From Klebsormidium nitens (taxonomy: Eukaryota; Plantae; Klebsormidiophyceae), in the NCBI GenBank assembly GCA_000708835.1, contig DF237045.1, forward strand, positions 145,820 through 209,819: a stretch of 64,000 nt of DNA, read 5' to 3'. The translations under genes were made by a program, and so were the position numbers. The first letter of the stretch is position 1, and every line of letters begins with the position of its first letter. Under the pieces are notes generated by a model. It saw nothing but the letters and a program-made list of their open reading frames with translations, had not been told where the DNA came from and made no database searches. Below, in pieces: positions 50,401-63,325 of the stretch.

Positions 50401-53400
50401 AGGTGACAGTTGCTTTTGAAACCGGCTTATTTGCAATTGACAGGAGGAAAGCAACGAGACGGGAGATGCAGGGTGTCAATGCTTTTAAGAAGTGCAGCAC
50501 GTTTTTGCAGTGCTCTTGAGAATCTGCAGAGAAGACTTGCATCGAGCATCTGCTGATTTGCCGCCTCGAAGTACAGTTGAGCGCTTCAATTGGAGCCGCT
50601 GGTCAGGACTGGGGATTCCTGCTCTTAATTGCACTGAGCCGCTCCAGGTGTAATGAAGGTACATTATCAATCCCTAAAAGCGATACTTTTTCAGCCTTCG
50701 AAATATTCCGTTGGACTCGATCCTAAGAGGGTGCTTTAAGCCGCTATTATTCTGAAATAAACCCTATTGTGATTGCTTTCTACAGCAAAGTATTTCAGAG
50801 CTCATCCAGAACGAAAAATGTGTTTAACAACTTAAAGTAGTCCGTTTGAATCGAAGAGACAGCGGCCGCTTGAAGCAACGCTGCAACATTTCCAAGAGCA
50901 ATTTGAAGAATCTCTATGGGCAAACTCAAGGTTGTCCTTCACAGAGTTTACGAGGGCGCGACATAATTACACCAGGCTGCGCAAATATGCTTCATACTTC
51001 TGCTGAATGACCCTGCAAATGGTAAGCCTCTGCAAATGTAGTACGAAGCTCAAGAAGGGTAGATTACCTTTGTGAACTTGATGCTGTTGCTGAGAAGGTT
51101 CATGAAGATCTGGCGACAGCGCGTAGGGTCGCCACGAACTAGCGGGATAAGCCCTGGAAGAGAACGAAAGCGAATTGCTTATTTCCATCCTAAAGAGACT
51201 ACAAATCTCTCCTGTAAGAGCAACTTGATTGACCTCGCAAAAACACGCCTCTCCACCCCTGGTACGTTTCTGAGCATCCTTGATCCTCTCAAGCCCTCCT
51301 TCCAAATCTCCTAATGTTCCTTAACGATAGTAAACCTTCTATGGAAGTTGCTCACGATCTCTCTAAAGTAACCAACACCTCATAACTTCACATGAGGTCC
51401 AGAGCCTCCAATTTCTCAAATTGCAGCATGCCGAGAAAAGTATCCAACGAACATACTAGCAACCTGACGTGCAGCATACTGCGATGAAGATTGCCTTTAC
51501 TCTTGAAGCGCAGGAAAAACATAGATACAGATCCTTCAACCGCGCTCTGGAAGTTACGGGTAACACCAGGTGAGAAGATGACAAATTTGAAACTTCCTCG
51601 GCTGATCCAAAGATGCCCAAAAGGCACATACCTGGCATGTCCAAACCGAGTTCGACACCTTTCATAGTGCACTGTACTGTAAAAACGTCCACCAAGGACT
51701 CCAGCAGATTGCTTAGGTCGAATTCCACGTGCTCCAGTTGCAGATGCCCAGCTTGGATCTGCACGTAGTTCAAAATAGAGAGCGATGAAGATCAGAAAAC
51801 CGCACTTCCTAGTTGTGCAGCACGCGGTCCAGTGGCGCCGCAGACAGGGCGTCTGACCAAGCGTCGCTTCCGAGACCTGTCCAGGAAGAACCAGTCGCAC
51901 TACGGATCTTTCGAAATCTTGAGAGAAAAACGATACAGGTGGCAACATGTCCGAGACATGCAAAAGACGCCTGTGCGATGCGGTTCACATGAGCAACTCT
52001 CCAATCGATCAACCGTATCGACATGGAGATCAGACGACTATATAACTGGACAGCCTACACTCAAACAGGTAAGTTCGAAGCACCCACACGCCCAAACCAA
52101 GACTGACTGTCTATTCGGTCAAATAATGTTCAGACCCTGGGAGATGAGCGAATCCGCACCTTGCTGAAATCCAGAATATCGTTGAGCAGGTTCAGGAGAC
52201 CGACGGTACACTCCTTGACTTGAGCCACCCGGACTGACTGCTCCGCTTCCAAATCTGACTCCAAGATGATGTCCAGTATGCCCAACATCGCGGCCAAGGG
52301 AGTCCGTAGATCGTGACTGCAACAGAATAATCTGCCTTCATCCTCAGTTCTGATACGCTTAAGACAGTCTGTTTGCTTCGCACAATGCACACAGAAAGGC
52401 GAACTCTCCATAACGGACCAGGAAGCTCAGGTTTGCAGCATAATTCTGTGCTACATCAATACTTCGTGAGCAACGGCGTTTGAGAAGTAAGGCTGCCTAA
52501 GCAAGCTCAGCTGACGTGGCGGGCTCCCTGAGAGGGCTCAAAGAACTTGCCAACTAACATATGTTTTGCTTTGTTAAGCAGCGAGACCTTTTCTTGAGTA
52601 GAAGCACTTCTTGGTGCATCCTAAGAAAGGGCCCCGCAGGAAGCTGTTTATGCGAGTTTCGTACTAGGTTCAGGATGTTAACACTCTAGGACCAATGCAG
52701 CTCGTCCAACAAACTTCGCAGGACTTTTCCCAATTTCCCGTCTCCTGATGGCCTTTGAATTGAGCGAGAAGAGTAGAGAGTCTGCTCACCTGGTCATAGC
52801 GAAGAATTTTGTCTTGAACTCTTCCCTCGCCTCGGCCTGCCTCTTCGCCTCGAAACTCCGAAGCAGCTCCGCCTTCAACCGCATGGCCTTACTTATAGGG
52901 TCTGTCAGGTACATAATAGCAAGAAAACCCAGCCCACAGATGCCAACTGCCACTGAGCTGATGATGTAAGTGGCATCCCGCCGCTGCTCGTCAAGCTTCC
53001 CATAGACGGCCTTCCTTGGAAGAAACGTAACCAGCTTGAGCGAAAGCCCTGTGTTAGCTATATCTTTACACGCGATGCTGTAGCGCCCCCCCTGAAGGCG
53101 TGCTTGTATCGGGCCTTTGTCACAGTCTGGCAACTGCGTGGGGAGGAGTGCAAACACTTCCCTGATGAGGGGGCTACTCGACTGGCTCGCTTCGAGCAAG
53201 GTCGGTGTTCCTAACTGCTTGGCCTGGCGGTAGTCGTGCACCAAGGCTGCAACGAGAGTCGTCCCGTTTAGAACAAACATGTTGCCCCCTTTGAGATCAA
53301 GCCCCTCGACGAAGTCTCCGATGGCTGTCAGATACAGCGCACTGGAAACAACCCCAAGAACCGTGTTGGATCCAGGCAGCGTGTAACGCTTGGCAACGAC

Positions 53401-54552
53401 CAGAAGAGGCTGCCGTGTTGCCCCGACAAGTATCTGGACCGCTAATCCATCAGGGCTATTCAATGCTCTTTGGTAGAAAGGCCGGCTGCGGATGTCGACA
53501 GGGACGTCAGGAGTGACGTTAGCAACGAAGCTTCCATCAGCTGGAGATACATACTGCACAGACACAGAGACAAGTATGACTACTGCAAGTGCTATTTTGT
53601 TCTAAAAGCTTAATCTTTTGTCAGCTTTCGCAAGTTAAGTGAAAGCAGAACATACTGACCACCTTGTGACGAGAATTATCTCGGAAGGGCCCCAGTCGAT
53701 CAAAAACCAAAATTTTGACCAATTTTGTCTGAAACAGATGGACACTGTTGCTGGGTTGCCTAAGATTGATTCTGCGCATAGTCAGCTGGTGAGGGCCCTA
53801 CTGAATGAAAAATCGACGACTTCGTGCTAAGTCACAAACGAAAAGAGACAAAAACACAAAGTGCTGGCTCGTTCTATGTGAGGTAGAATTGGACTATTGC
53901 CAAAAGTGGAGCTCAATGTAGAGCACCAACCCTTAGAAGTTCGAAGGCCTTCGAAGCTCCGAATATGGCAAGCAATCTGCAAGCTTTAAAAGTGGACAAG
54001 ACAAGAGCACGACCCATTTGTACACACAGGTTCCCATTGTCAATTCCGGCTTCTCCATTTCGCAGGCAAAACGGAGGGGAAAACAGTATACCTGTCGTCC
54101 TGTGATTGGCTCACCGTTACATAGCGTGGGGGAGCCTGGCCCTTGGGCAGGGTCTGGTTTGCAAAGGTCCACAGCAGTCTTGTATTAGCATAGGGGCTCG
54201 TTGCATTGTCAACGGAATTGACAACCATGTAGGGCCCCTCCTCCGTGGTGAGTCCCAGGCCAGAGACTGTGTTGCAGCTCTGAAACGTCTTTCTCAGGGA
54301 GGATGCTGTAAGATCCTGTTTTTGATCTACTGTCAGGTTGAGGCCTGGGCTGTAAATCAGGTCAAGATACTGCGCAAAGCTTGTGCCGCATGGTTCTGCC
54401 GTGTCCAGCAGCTGAGAGACGCTACTGGAAATATGCAGAAGGATCTCTCCTTGGTAGGAGTGCACCAGGCTCGAAAAGTAGGTCGAGGAGGCGGCGCATG
54501 TGAAGTGGAATGTGATGGTCGTGGTACCGGCCAGCAGACTTGCCAGCAGAAC
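47500..54552 (-). CDS. Hybrid sensor histidine kinase, AHK1-like (TM - extracellular sensor - TM - HisKA - HATPase_c - receiver); 5' exon and 3' end unresolved
   Basis: KAMRLKAELLRSFEAKRQAE, H-box TSHDLRTPL, N-box RGDPTRCRQIFMNLLSNSIKFT, G1 EDSGCGI, G2 GGTGLGLGIVRNLV, receiver start VLIAEDNVLLRKLA running into the gap. The layout matches plant AHK1-type osmosensors. Confidence 0.9.
48891..48962 (+). tRNA. trnI-GAU: tRNA-Ile(GAU)-derived pseudogene, organellar/bacterial type, with a 2-nt deletion in the T-stem
   Basis: Acceptor GAGCCGG/TCGGCTC+A; D-arm ACTC-AGTTGGTTA-GAGT; perfect anticodon arm TACGC-CTGATAA-GCGTA; T-loop TTCAAGT. The 3' T-stem reads CCC where CAGCC is needed to pair with GGCTG. 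Confidence 0.8.
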
Positions 54553-55681
54553 CTGGGGAAAAGTCATCGAGATATTCAGCCTTGGTCTACTTTGCCTGAT
54601 TGATCAGACTCCTTAGAAGTCAGCGGCTGGCCTCAAGTGGTGCTTAATCGATGACTCAGGGCCAAACCAAGAGATGCAGTAGCCTGAAGGCATTTTTGGA
54701 ATGCTCCACTTCGGCTCGTGTGGTGTTCATGAAGATGAGGATTGCTCAGATTGCTGAGCACATGAAGAATTGTTGCAGAGCTTCCATTGGGAGCTTAAAA
54801 GTTTGAAGCTAGAGCACCACCTACACACACTAACCCTGTGGTGCAACTCCATCCAGACGTCCCACGCAACCACATTGGATATCATGCCATGAAGGTGGTG
54901 AGTTGTACAACTATTGACCTTCAGCTGCGCATAAGTTAACTTTATGCTATACAGCCCCCAGAACTCTAAAGGCTGCCTCCATTTGATCTGTAGCACGTTA
55001 ACACACCAATCGCGCCTAATTAGCAATTCTGAGATTTTAAGAGAAGCATAGATTCTCCTTTTTTGTCTAGCAGCTGTGATTTCCACATCCAATTTCACAG
55101 GTTGGGAACTTCAGTCGGTACTCTTACAAAATTTCAAACGACCAGCTGCTGACCAGAATTCAGATGGTTCCTATACATCAATCTTTAGGAGAAAGCGCAA
55201 CAGCCAAATTCCAATATTACAATCTCACCATGATACCCAAGCGAAGGAGCCTAGCGTCTGACCAACACTTCGCATGGCCAAACGGCAGTGCGTCCATTCT
55301 GCTGCGCCTGTTGGTTGACCTGTCATACGGCTGATCTCTGTCCATTGAATCTGAATTTAATTATCATGTAGAATGGACTAAAAAACACTGGTGTCAGTCT
55401 AATGCCGCGGAAAGGTGGTGAAAAAGTAAGAGGACTGATCTTTGCTTTGAAATCATGTCTGCCTAGGCCTACATCAGAAATAGCCTTGTTTCTGTCGCTA
55501 AGTGTATCTAGCTTGCTTCATTGGGGTGTTCTCCCAGCTAGAGGCGTTGATTGATGGCAGCAGCCAGCAGCCGGCAGCCAACAGGGCAACCACGTCCGAA
55601 AACCTGTTCTTTGATGAGTTCTCCTGGTGTAGCCAAAAAAGGAAATGCAGTTTAGCATAATGTAAGTCCTATGCTGACTCA

Positions 55682-56235
55682 TGCTCTGTTCTCATTGGCG
55701 GCGGACGGCACAACAATTAATAAATCCTTTTTTGCCCGGAACTTGCCCGGAAGTGCCCAAAAAAGCGAAAAGCGTGAAGTTGTGCCGGCCGCAAGTGAAA
55801 TCACACCACGGCACAAGTCCTGGTACAAAATCGGGAATTGCCACGCTGGCATGCAAAACCCTAAACCCCGAGCAGGCAAAAGACCAGCTAGGTACCCTAC
55901 AGGCTATCCTACAGCTGCTGTGCTTGCCTCCTGTGCACAGTCATCACTACGTTGCAACTTGCAGCCCTGGCGCGCCAGAATCTAGCACCTCGGGCTGTGA
56001 GTGGCCAGTTCAACCACGTGGTTGCCCGGCACAGAAAAATAGGAGTTCGACCCGAGGGGGCACAAGGGTCGAACTTTTAATATTTTTGTGCCGCTGACGT
56101 AAGCATTTTTTTATCGAGTTCCGCCGGCACAACTGCTAGTGGAAGCGCGGTAGAAGTTTTCCACTTTCGCCGGAGCCAATCAGAAGATTTACATTAAAAA
56201 TTGTTGTGCCGTCCGCCGCTAATGAGAATAGGGCC
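55682..56235. mobile_element. MITE with ~36-bp imperfect TIRs (Harbinger/Tourist-like)
   Basis: Left tgctctgttctcattggcggcggacggcacaacaatt matches the reverse complement of right aattgttgtgccgtccgccgctaatgagaatagggcc. Internal GGCACAA/TTGTGCC motifs. No clean direct TSD (TCA left, TGA right). Confidence 0.75.
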
Positions 56236-56640
56236 TGAGCGTTCTGCAGCAATCCTGGAAAAATGTGAAAGATGGCGGCCCGGTGCAGATTTCGGTCATC
56301 GGGTCCCGCTGTTCTGTGCTACAATCTCTTTGATCGATGAGAATCTGCATGCACATAAAGCGCAAAGTCAAAAACTCAGAACCTGGACTGCTGGATGGGC
56401 AATGTTACATGAAGTTGGCCGTCTTCATGGTCTTGTAATTGAACCTGTTTCCCTCCGCATTTCTCAGCATCTTGGAAACAGCATGGTTCATCAGAGCTCC
56501 TATGTGCACTTTTTCATTGCTCACACCTGTATAGTCCCGAGAGGATTTCGGACATGAAGCTCAGCAATCAGGCATGTACGCTTCCGGGTTTTCCGGGTTG
56601 TTGTGGCACTGGTTGCCTAAGAATCTCAGAATCTGTGCTA

Positions 56641-56764
56641 ACTCAAATCACCACACATGGAGATTGCCTCACGTGACCGAGAATCGCTCTGCGAGCCGTT
56701 CCACTCAAATCACCACACATGGAGATTGCCTCACGTGACCAAGAATCGCTCTGCGAGCGTTTCC
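56641..56764. promoter_or_regulatory. 62-bp direct duplication carrying CACGTG G-boxes upstream of the USP gene
   Basis: actcaaatcaccacacatggagattgcctcacgtgacc.agaatcgctctgcgagc at 56641 and 56703. CACGTG at 56670, 56732 and a third at 56840. Confidence 0.6.
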
Positions 56765-57299
56765 GATTGGCTGAAACTGAAACTGACTGGAAATGACTTT
56801 TCACGACAAAAAATAACGACAAAATATCTTGTTATCCCCCACGTGATTTGGATTCTACAGAAACGATGCTTTTGCGATACAAATTCGATTCTGTGGTCGC
56901 AAAGGTTGACAGCTGGCGCCAAGCTCAGCACAGCGTCACCCATTGTCAGATAATTGACATATCGTGCCTAGCGAGTCACTATCTTAGGACTAGAAAATCA
57001 CACAGCTGATCACGGTTGCTAGTTCAGATGCATCTGGTGAAATTGCTGCTTGGTTGAAGCAATCTGGTTACCTGGAGCAATATCTGTGGTGTTGTTGTGG
57101 ACTGATAAAATAATGTCAAAAGGCATCATGTCCCCGTCCAATACATGAGTTCCACCAGCCAGAGCTAAGATTTGTAGAACATTCTCTCGGACAATCAATT
57201 GACGTCCGGCCAGGTAGCGCGAAAGTCAAACTCAGCAAATCTCTCAATATTACATCCATCTCTGTCACTGTTTCCAAAAGCAGCTCGTCAGGCAACTCA

Positions 57300-59461
57300 A
57301 TGGCGACGGAGATTGTCAACAGGCAAAAGAAGGCCGTCGGCATGCGAGTGCTGTGCGCGCTGGACAACTCGGAGGGGTCTGTGCTGGCGCTCCACTTTGT
57401 TCTCGACACGCTGTTTAAAGCTGAAGACGGAGACAAGCTCACTCTGTTTCAGGCGGCGGAAAACATTGACTGTGAGTGAGGTTTGTTCACCTACAAAGTT
57501 GTTGTTTGTAGATGAAACTGGAATCTTGTGCTTACGCAAATCAATGTTGAGTTGATTGAAGCTTGCTTCTGCTGCCAACATCTGTTTTGGTGTTGTTGGA
57601 AGCTTCCTCCTGCTCTTACCAGAGCTGCTTGAATGAATTGGGTGCCGTCCAGTCCAGAATTTGTACCATTGATAGTGGATTTGTCAAGGTTAAGTTGATT
57701 GGATAGTATGTTGCTTGTTCCTAATAAGTGGTTATTTTCCCAATACTACTCGAATGTAGTAATAGCGCTGCTCAGGCAAAAGTGGTGCACTACTATTGAG
57801 ATTGCTATTCCCCCTTGTTCACTTGGTCGATGTCAATTTAGCTGAAAGAGCAAATTTGTCCTCGTCACAATGCTTCTTGAATAAAAACCAAATGTTGCTC
57901 AAGCCCAAGGATGTACCAGTCTACTATTGTGAAAAGGGCTGTGATTCCCAGCTTGTGACAACAAATTTGGGTTAGGATTTTTCTCAGAAGCTTCTCAGTT
58001 GTTTTGAATCATATTCAGGCTGTATTGACTATCGTTTTTAGTCGCAGACTCAACTCCGTTGGCTCCCAAAAAAGATGTGCAACCTCTTGTCTGCTTGTCT
58101 TCTCTTGCACACCCAACCTCTTTGCAAGTTTTTGGGATGTAGTCCCAAATCTTCCTTTACAAGAAGCCATGTATTAGTTCAACAGTACTGAAGGGATTGT
58201 GGAATTGAGAGCCTTTCCACTTTTTGCAGTGTACTACGACGCAGAGTTCGCGTTCATGCCAGACAATAAGCTTGTAGACGCCCAGGAGAAAGTGAACAAG
58301 ATATGCATGACCCACCTGGAAAAGGTCAAGGCTGCAATCCAGGATGAGCCAACAAAGGTCTGTGGAAACAACTGGAGGAAGCAATCTTGTCAGAGCAGTA
58401 CTTTGCATTGAAATGGGTCCTTGAAAGTCGAAGGGGTGTCATAAAGCCTTGTGCCTCATTTTCTTGCTCCAAAGAAAAGCTAGGCCAATCACATAATTTC
58501 AAATCATCCTAGATAATTTCTAATGGTTTAGATGGTCGACTCCAAAGGTGTACTGGAGGCGAACTATTTTGACCCAGCGGTATTTTGTCCATCCATACTT
58601 CAGTTGCCGGTTTTCTGTGAATCCTGCCCTGTTGTACTAATAGGGAGTCTCGAGAGTATCAGCCGAAACCATCTGACAAATGCCTCATACATGTTATACA
58701 GATACAGACAGAGTTGGTGGTCCTTTCCGGAGACCCCCGGCAGTTGATTCCACACTACGTTGCCAAGCACCCGGTGGATTTGGTAGTGGTTGGGACGCGC
58801 GGCCGGGGCAGGTTCAAGAGGTGAGTGCCGATCATTTCTCTCTCTTTTGTCCTCCTTTAGATGCACCAATTGTTTGCAAACATTGATGCCCTTAGAAACC
58901 AAGCTTCCGCAACAAGCAGTTAAACCATAAGCTCTTGCACCCGTCTCCTCGTAGCGAACTCCTCTTGAATCCTTCAGTCCCCTCGCTTCTTCAATCTTTC
59001 AAAGCGGGCAAGAATCATTTCGAAGCAGATTCTACTTTGCTAGCCTTGTCATTCATCACAGGGCTAGGAACAAGTCCACGAGTTGGCCGCCAATCATTCT
59101 TACGTCACTGTCCGCTCCTAAGTAAAGCGAATCCATTCCAGTCGTGCAGCTCTTGCCTCTGGAACGAGCTAGCCGTCTTGCAAGCAAACCACACCCTCCA
59201 GTGAATTGCGTCTTTTGAAGTGTTTGTGGCCTGAAACTCGTCTCAACAGCTCCGAGCACCCTCTTATCTACCAGGAGAAGAATTGCTATTTTGGGAATCC
59301 ACTGATTACCAGAATGCGTGTAGCTGACATTCGAGGTGCTCACACGGTGTCTTAGTGTCTCCTCCTGCAGCCTGTTCCTGGGCAGCGTGAGCACCTATCT
59401 TGTGAGCCAGTGCCCTGTCCCAGTACTTGTCGTCCCCAACCCTCATCAGCTACCCGCCTGA
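57300..59461 (+). CDS. Universal stress protein A-like (USP) protein, 4 exons
   Basis: MRVLCALDNSEGSVLAL (57300-57471), exon ~58230-58358, GDPRQLIPHYVAKHPVDLVVVGTRGRGRFK (58701-58819), SLFLGSVSTYLVSQCPVPVLVVP* (59371-59461). Confidence 0.93.
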
Positions 59462-59681
59462 GGACACAGTTAGTTTCTATACCAGAACAAGTTTGGAGAT
59501 TTTTAAGCACATAAGAAAAAGCATTAAATCTTGGATGAGAGTATACCTTTAGGGACCTTGTGGAGGCCAGATCGCTTCGAAACTTCCACTTAGGCGAATT
59601 CGCAATGATATCAAAAAGAAAGTAGTAGAAAGTGGAGTAGTTGTTAGCTGTTCAAATGGCTTAAACGGGGCGGAGGGGGCG

Positions 59682-59900
59682 CTAAGTGTAAGGCAGAACG
59701 GCGCGGTAGCTATTAGTCGAATTTTGAGACACTGGATCGTGGCAGGCGTCGGAGGACAGATCTGTCGGACAAGTGTCTTTACAGCAGTAGTGTACATATC
59801 CATCCGCATCACAGCAGGTCGTGTAGCCGTTTGAATGATCGCAATTACTTTGAGCGGTCACCATGGTGCTGGTTAAGACGAGCAGAATGAGCATGTGCAT
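59682..59900 (-). CDS. Candidate small secreted cysteine-rich peptide (72 aa)
   Basis: Signal-peptide-like MHMLILLVLTSTMVTA followed by C-x8-CC-x8-CC-x3-C-x8-C and a potential N-glycosylation site (NST). Single exon; no homology checked. Confidence 0.5.
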   Translation of the reverse strand: MHMLILLVLTSTMVTAQSNCDHSNGYTTCCDADGYVHYCCKDTCPTDLSSDACHDPVSQNSTNSYRAVLPYT

Positions 59901-61149
59901 GCTGTTCTAAGTGTATACTCTTCTACTACAGTCTGTGCAGAATAAAATGGCACACTCGCCAAAGTACTCAGCCGTATCTCGGATTCTCACCGAAGTGCTT
60001 GGGTGAACTCGTTTCTAGGCACAATTATGTGTTATGCGTATAACCACTACTCAACTTTATGGACGCTTGGATATACTCGGACTGTCATAGTTCATTCTAG
60101 ACACATAGATGGTGTATTGATCTATGCCCTGACCGGTTTGAAGCCCGTACCCGTAAAATCAACTCAGGTGTCCATCCTCCGTTGAGTGGAGTCGTCTGCC
60201 TTCTGACAGCCAAAGATCTTGCAAGCAACATGAATGTGTCGGTTCGTCTTTCTCAGCAGTTTCTGAGAAATGAACGATGTTGTGCGCTGCAAATTCTGTC
60301 ATGCAAGAGAAGAGGCAGAAAAGATATTCACCATTATATACTTCTATGATACGAACGTCTGAGGCCATCTCAGCTCTCGGATGGAAGTCTGTCCCGCAAA
60401 GAGGTCTCTACTTGCTGTTAGCTGGAGCTCTGAACTGGTGTTTGGAATTAAAAGTTTGGGCAATGGGTAAAAGGTTGGCTTCTTCTTGCATCTTATAGTG
60501 CTCCCGTCCGCAAGTCAAGCCTGTCCGATATTGCATGTAGGCCCACCACGTCGGTCCAAGATCCTTTGGACAGTAGCCAAGTGAAGTGGTCGGATGATAC
60601 TCGGACGGTGTGTTCCAATTTAATGGTGTGTGCCATTTTAGTCTGGACGGGACTGTGTTGAGTTGGCGGGGAGAATCGAGCTTGAAAATCTGTTAGCCTT
60701 GCAATAATCATGGGGGTCGACCTACATCTACGTCTCCACCGCTTCTGGCACCTGCCCCTTTTGCCCTATCTTTCATTGGAGGCTAAAAGCAACGATGGTC
60801 GAGAGACCATCGTCATGGAGCGTTTCCTACAATGGACCCCACCAATGTCGACCCAACCATAATCTCTCTGGTAGGCCTTACTATGAAGAGCGACCCAGTG
60901 CCCGCATTTTGAGGTCTGCTTCGAGGCTCACCCTGACCACACGATCGAAACACTAGCCCGTTTTTCGAAAGGCAGACCGAGACAGTATTGGCTCTTTCTG
61001 AACGACTGCAGGACACATAGCTTTGCCGTCATCAAGCATGCCATGTATCCACCTTCGCATCAACCGTGCAAGGTCAGAGCGAGGGGGCTTTTGCGGTGTC
61101 ATGGGCTCGGTTTTTGGAGATACATATGCAGAAGGCATACTTTCTGGAC

Positions 61150-61561
61150 ATCAAGGGCCTGAGTTCCCCCTCTCATCCACAGCTCTGTTCGCCAATGCAT
61201 CTGCAACCGCGTTCTCCGCGCGCATTACGTGTTATATGGTGCACGCGTCAATCCCTTTTATGAGCTCTTTGGCTCTATCACATAAGGATTGCAGATGTGT
61301 GGCTTTCACTTTCCAAACACCACACACCTGCTTCACCACGAGCATCGAATCACCATATCCTTTCAGGACCAAAAAGGCACATCTTTCGAGCCCTAATATG
61401 AGCCCCTCGAACTCTGCAACGTTGTTAGTGATCGAGTTCCCTAGATACTTGTATACTTCGATCCTCGTGCCATCCGGTATACAAATCACGGCGCCTGCGC
61501 CCCCAAATCCTGGGTGTATTGTTGTGACTATGATGTATACATGCGTGTCCAGAGTCCTCAT
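61150..61561 (-). pseudogene. Degenerate ribonuclease HI (archaeal/bacterial-like aRH type)
   Basis: HPGFGGAGAVI..TNNVAEFEGLILGL..GDSMLVVKQVCGVWKVK..I*HVMRAENAVADALANRAVD. In-frame TAA at 61232-61234; the first catalytic D-G motif is not recognisable. Confidence 0.8.
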
Positions 61562-63104
61562 GCTGTTCCGTTATTCCTAACGACTACTCACGACATTTAC
61601 ACAAGCTTACCAGCCTACAGTCTTTCTGGATTTAAATGGAACACGCCACCATGCGCTACCGTATCTCAGCTTTTCCCTTTCTTGGTATATTTCGTGAGAA
61701 AACTCATGGACAGAGTTGGCGGCGTCATCAGTGTTATTTGGGTTACAGAGGATCAGGCGTTATTTATCTGGTCACAAAACATTATGCATCCTTTCTACGG
61801 GATTCTAACGATGAGCCTACTATCGGTGGCGTCTCCGATGCATCGGCGCTCCAGCGGGCCCCTGTATTTCTCCCTAATTTCCGCTTCTCGAATCCATATG
61901 CCCGTTTGCCAACTCAATACTCATCCATAAGTCACGCAAGTCTCTGTGTACCAAGCTAGAAATCCCAAGGAGGGCCCCGACGAGGTCGAGCGTAGCGGTC
62001 ACTGCTTCGTGTTTGTTTACGCTATTCAACCACACAACTTTCAAAACGACGGACGTAAGCAAAGTGAGTCCACTCAAAAACAAGGCATGGAGCAAACAAA
62101 CACGCTCTTATCAAACTAGGATTGCTCTGGTTCAACCAGAGGATGTTGAATACTGGCGGTCCCTCCCCCGACATAGCTATGGGAGGTGGTTGCCTCAACC
62201 TCATTAAGGGAATCTCCCTCTTCTCACAAAGATACGCACACCCCTGAGAAAGGCAATCTCCTCGCCTGAGTAGTAGCACTCGACGTGGCGATCCGCATGC
62301 ACCGCAATATCAGATCGCAAGTCTCGTAGCAGAAGCGCCGCGCAAAGTAAGAGGTCCGGCGCAACGTGTGGAATGCGGAACTGCTCCTCCAAATGACGTC
62401 TGATTGTCACCAACCTCGGGGGAGTCTCATCCTGCGCTCTCCTCAAACCACCGGGATTCTGCGGATGCAGTCCTTCGAGCGACTTCTTCAACCCGTTTCT
62501 CCTTTCCCAGTCGTTCAGGCTCAGGTCGTGGAAGATCTGGACTATGTCCAGATGAGGATTGGCGAGCTCATGAGCAAGCGGGTATGGCGCCGAATATGGT
62601 GGTCTGACAGCACGGCCAGGCAACGGCGGGGCTCTGAATGCGGTCCTGAGGGGCTTTGAATTCGCCTGGGAGAGTTGTTTGCCTTCCTATAGTCCGGCGC
62701 CTATCACGCAAGCCGCATCCGCATACCACAATGCTTGCTCACGAGGCTGCGTTGGAGAGCTTTCGTTTTGTTGTTCTGCTCTTATTGAAATTCTACTCGG
62801 AAACTTGTGAATGAGGACCCTGTTAACCTGTGGTGGAGGCGAGCACCGCGTCCGTGCCCAACATGGAGACGTGATCAACGAGACCCCACCCAATGTTTTA
62901 TCCGCGCCGTGGAGTCTGGCGCCATGGACGACACCGTGGAATGTGTTGTGCCAACAAGATCGTCGCCATTGGTCGAGTTGCTTTCTAAGAATACCTTCTG
63001 ATCCGAGTTCCTCCGCTAACATGTGGGACTGGAATCAGTCCCCGGTTGGAATCTCGGCCCTTAGTGGTTCCCCACCCTAAATTATCGATAGCGAACCATC
63101 CGAA

Positions 63105-63325
63105 CCCAGTCCGCTGAACCAGCACATGTATCTCGGCCCCTGCTGGTCCGCTGCTGCCCGACTCGAAAAGAGGTTGCGAACCAGAGGGAAACCTGTCCGC
63201 GGAACCAGTACATGTATCTCGGCCATTGCTGGTCAGCTGCCCCGACTCGAGAGCTGGATGCGAACCAGCTGGATACTCTTCCGCTGAATACGTAAAATCT
63301 CGGCCATTGTACCCCGACTCGGAAC
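63105..63325. repeat. Three imperfect ~70-90-bp repeats
   Basis: tccgc(t/g)gaa..atctcggcc recurs near 63112, 63198 and 63280; cccgactcg near 63157, 63241 and 63314. Confidence 0.6.
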
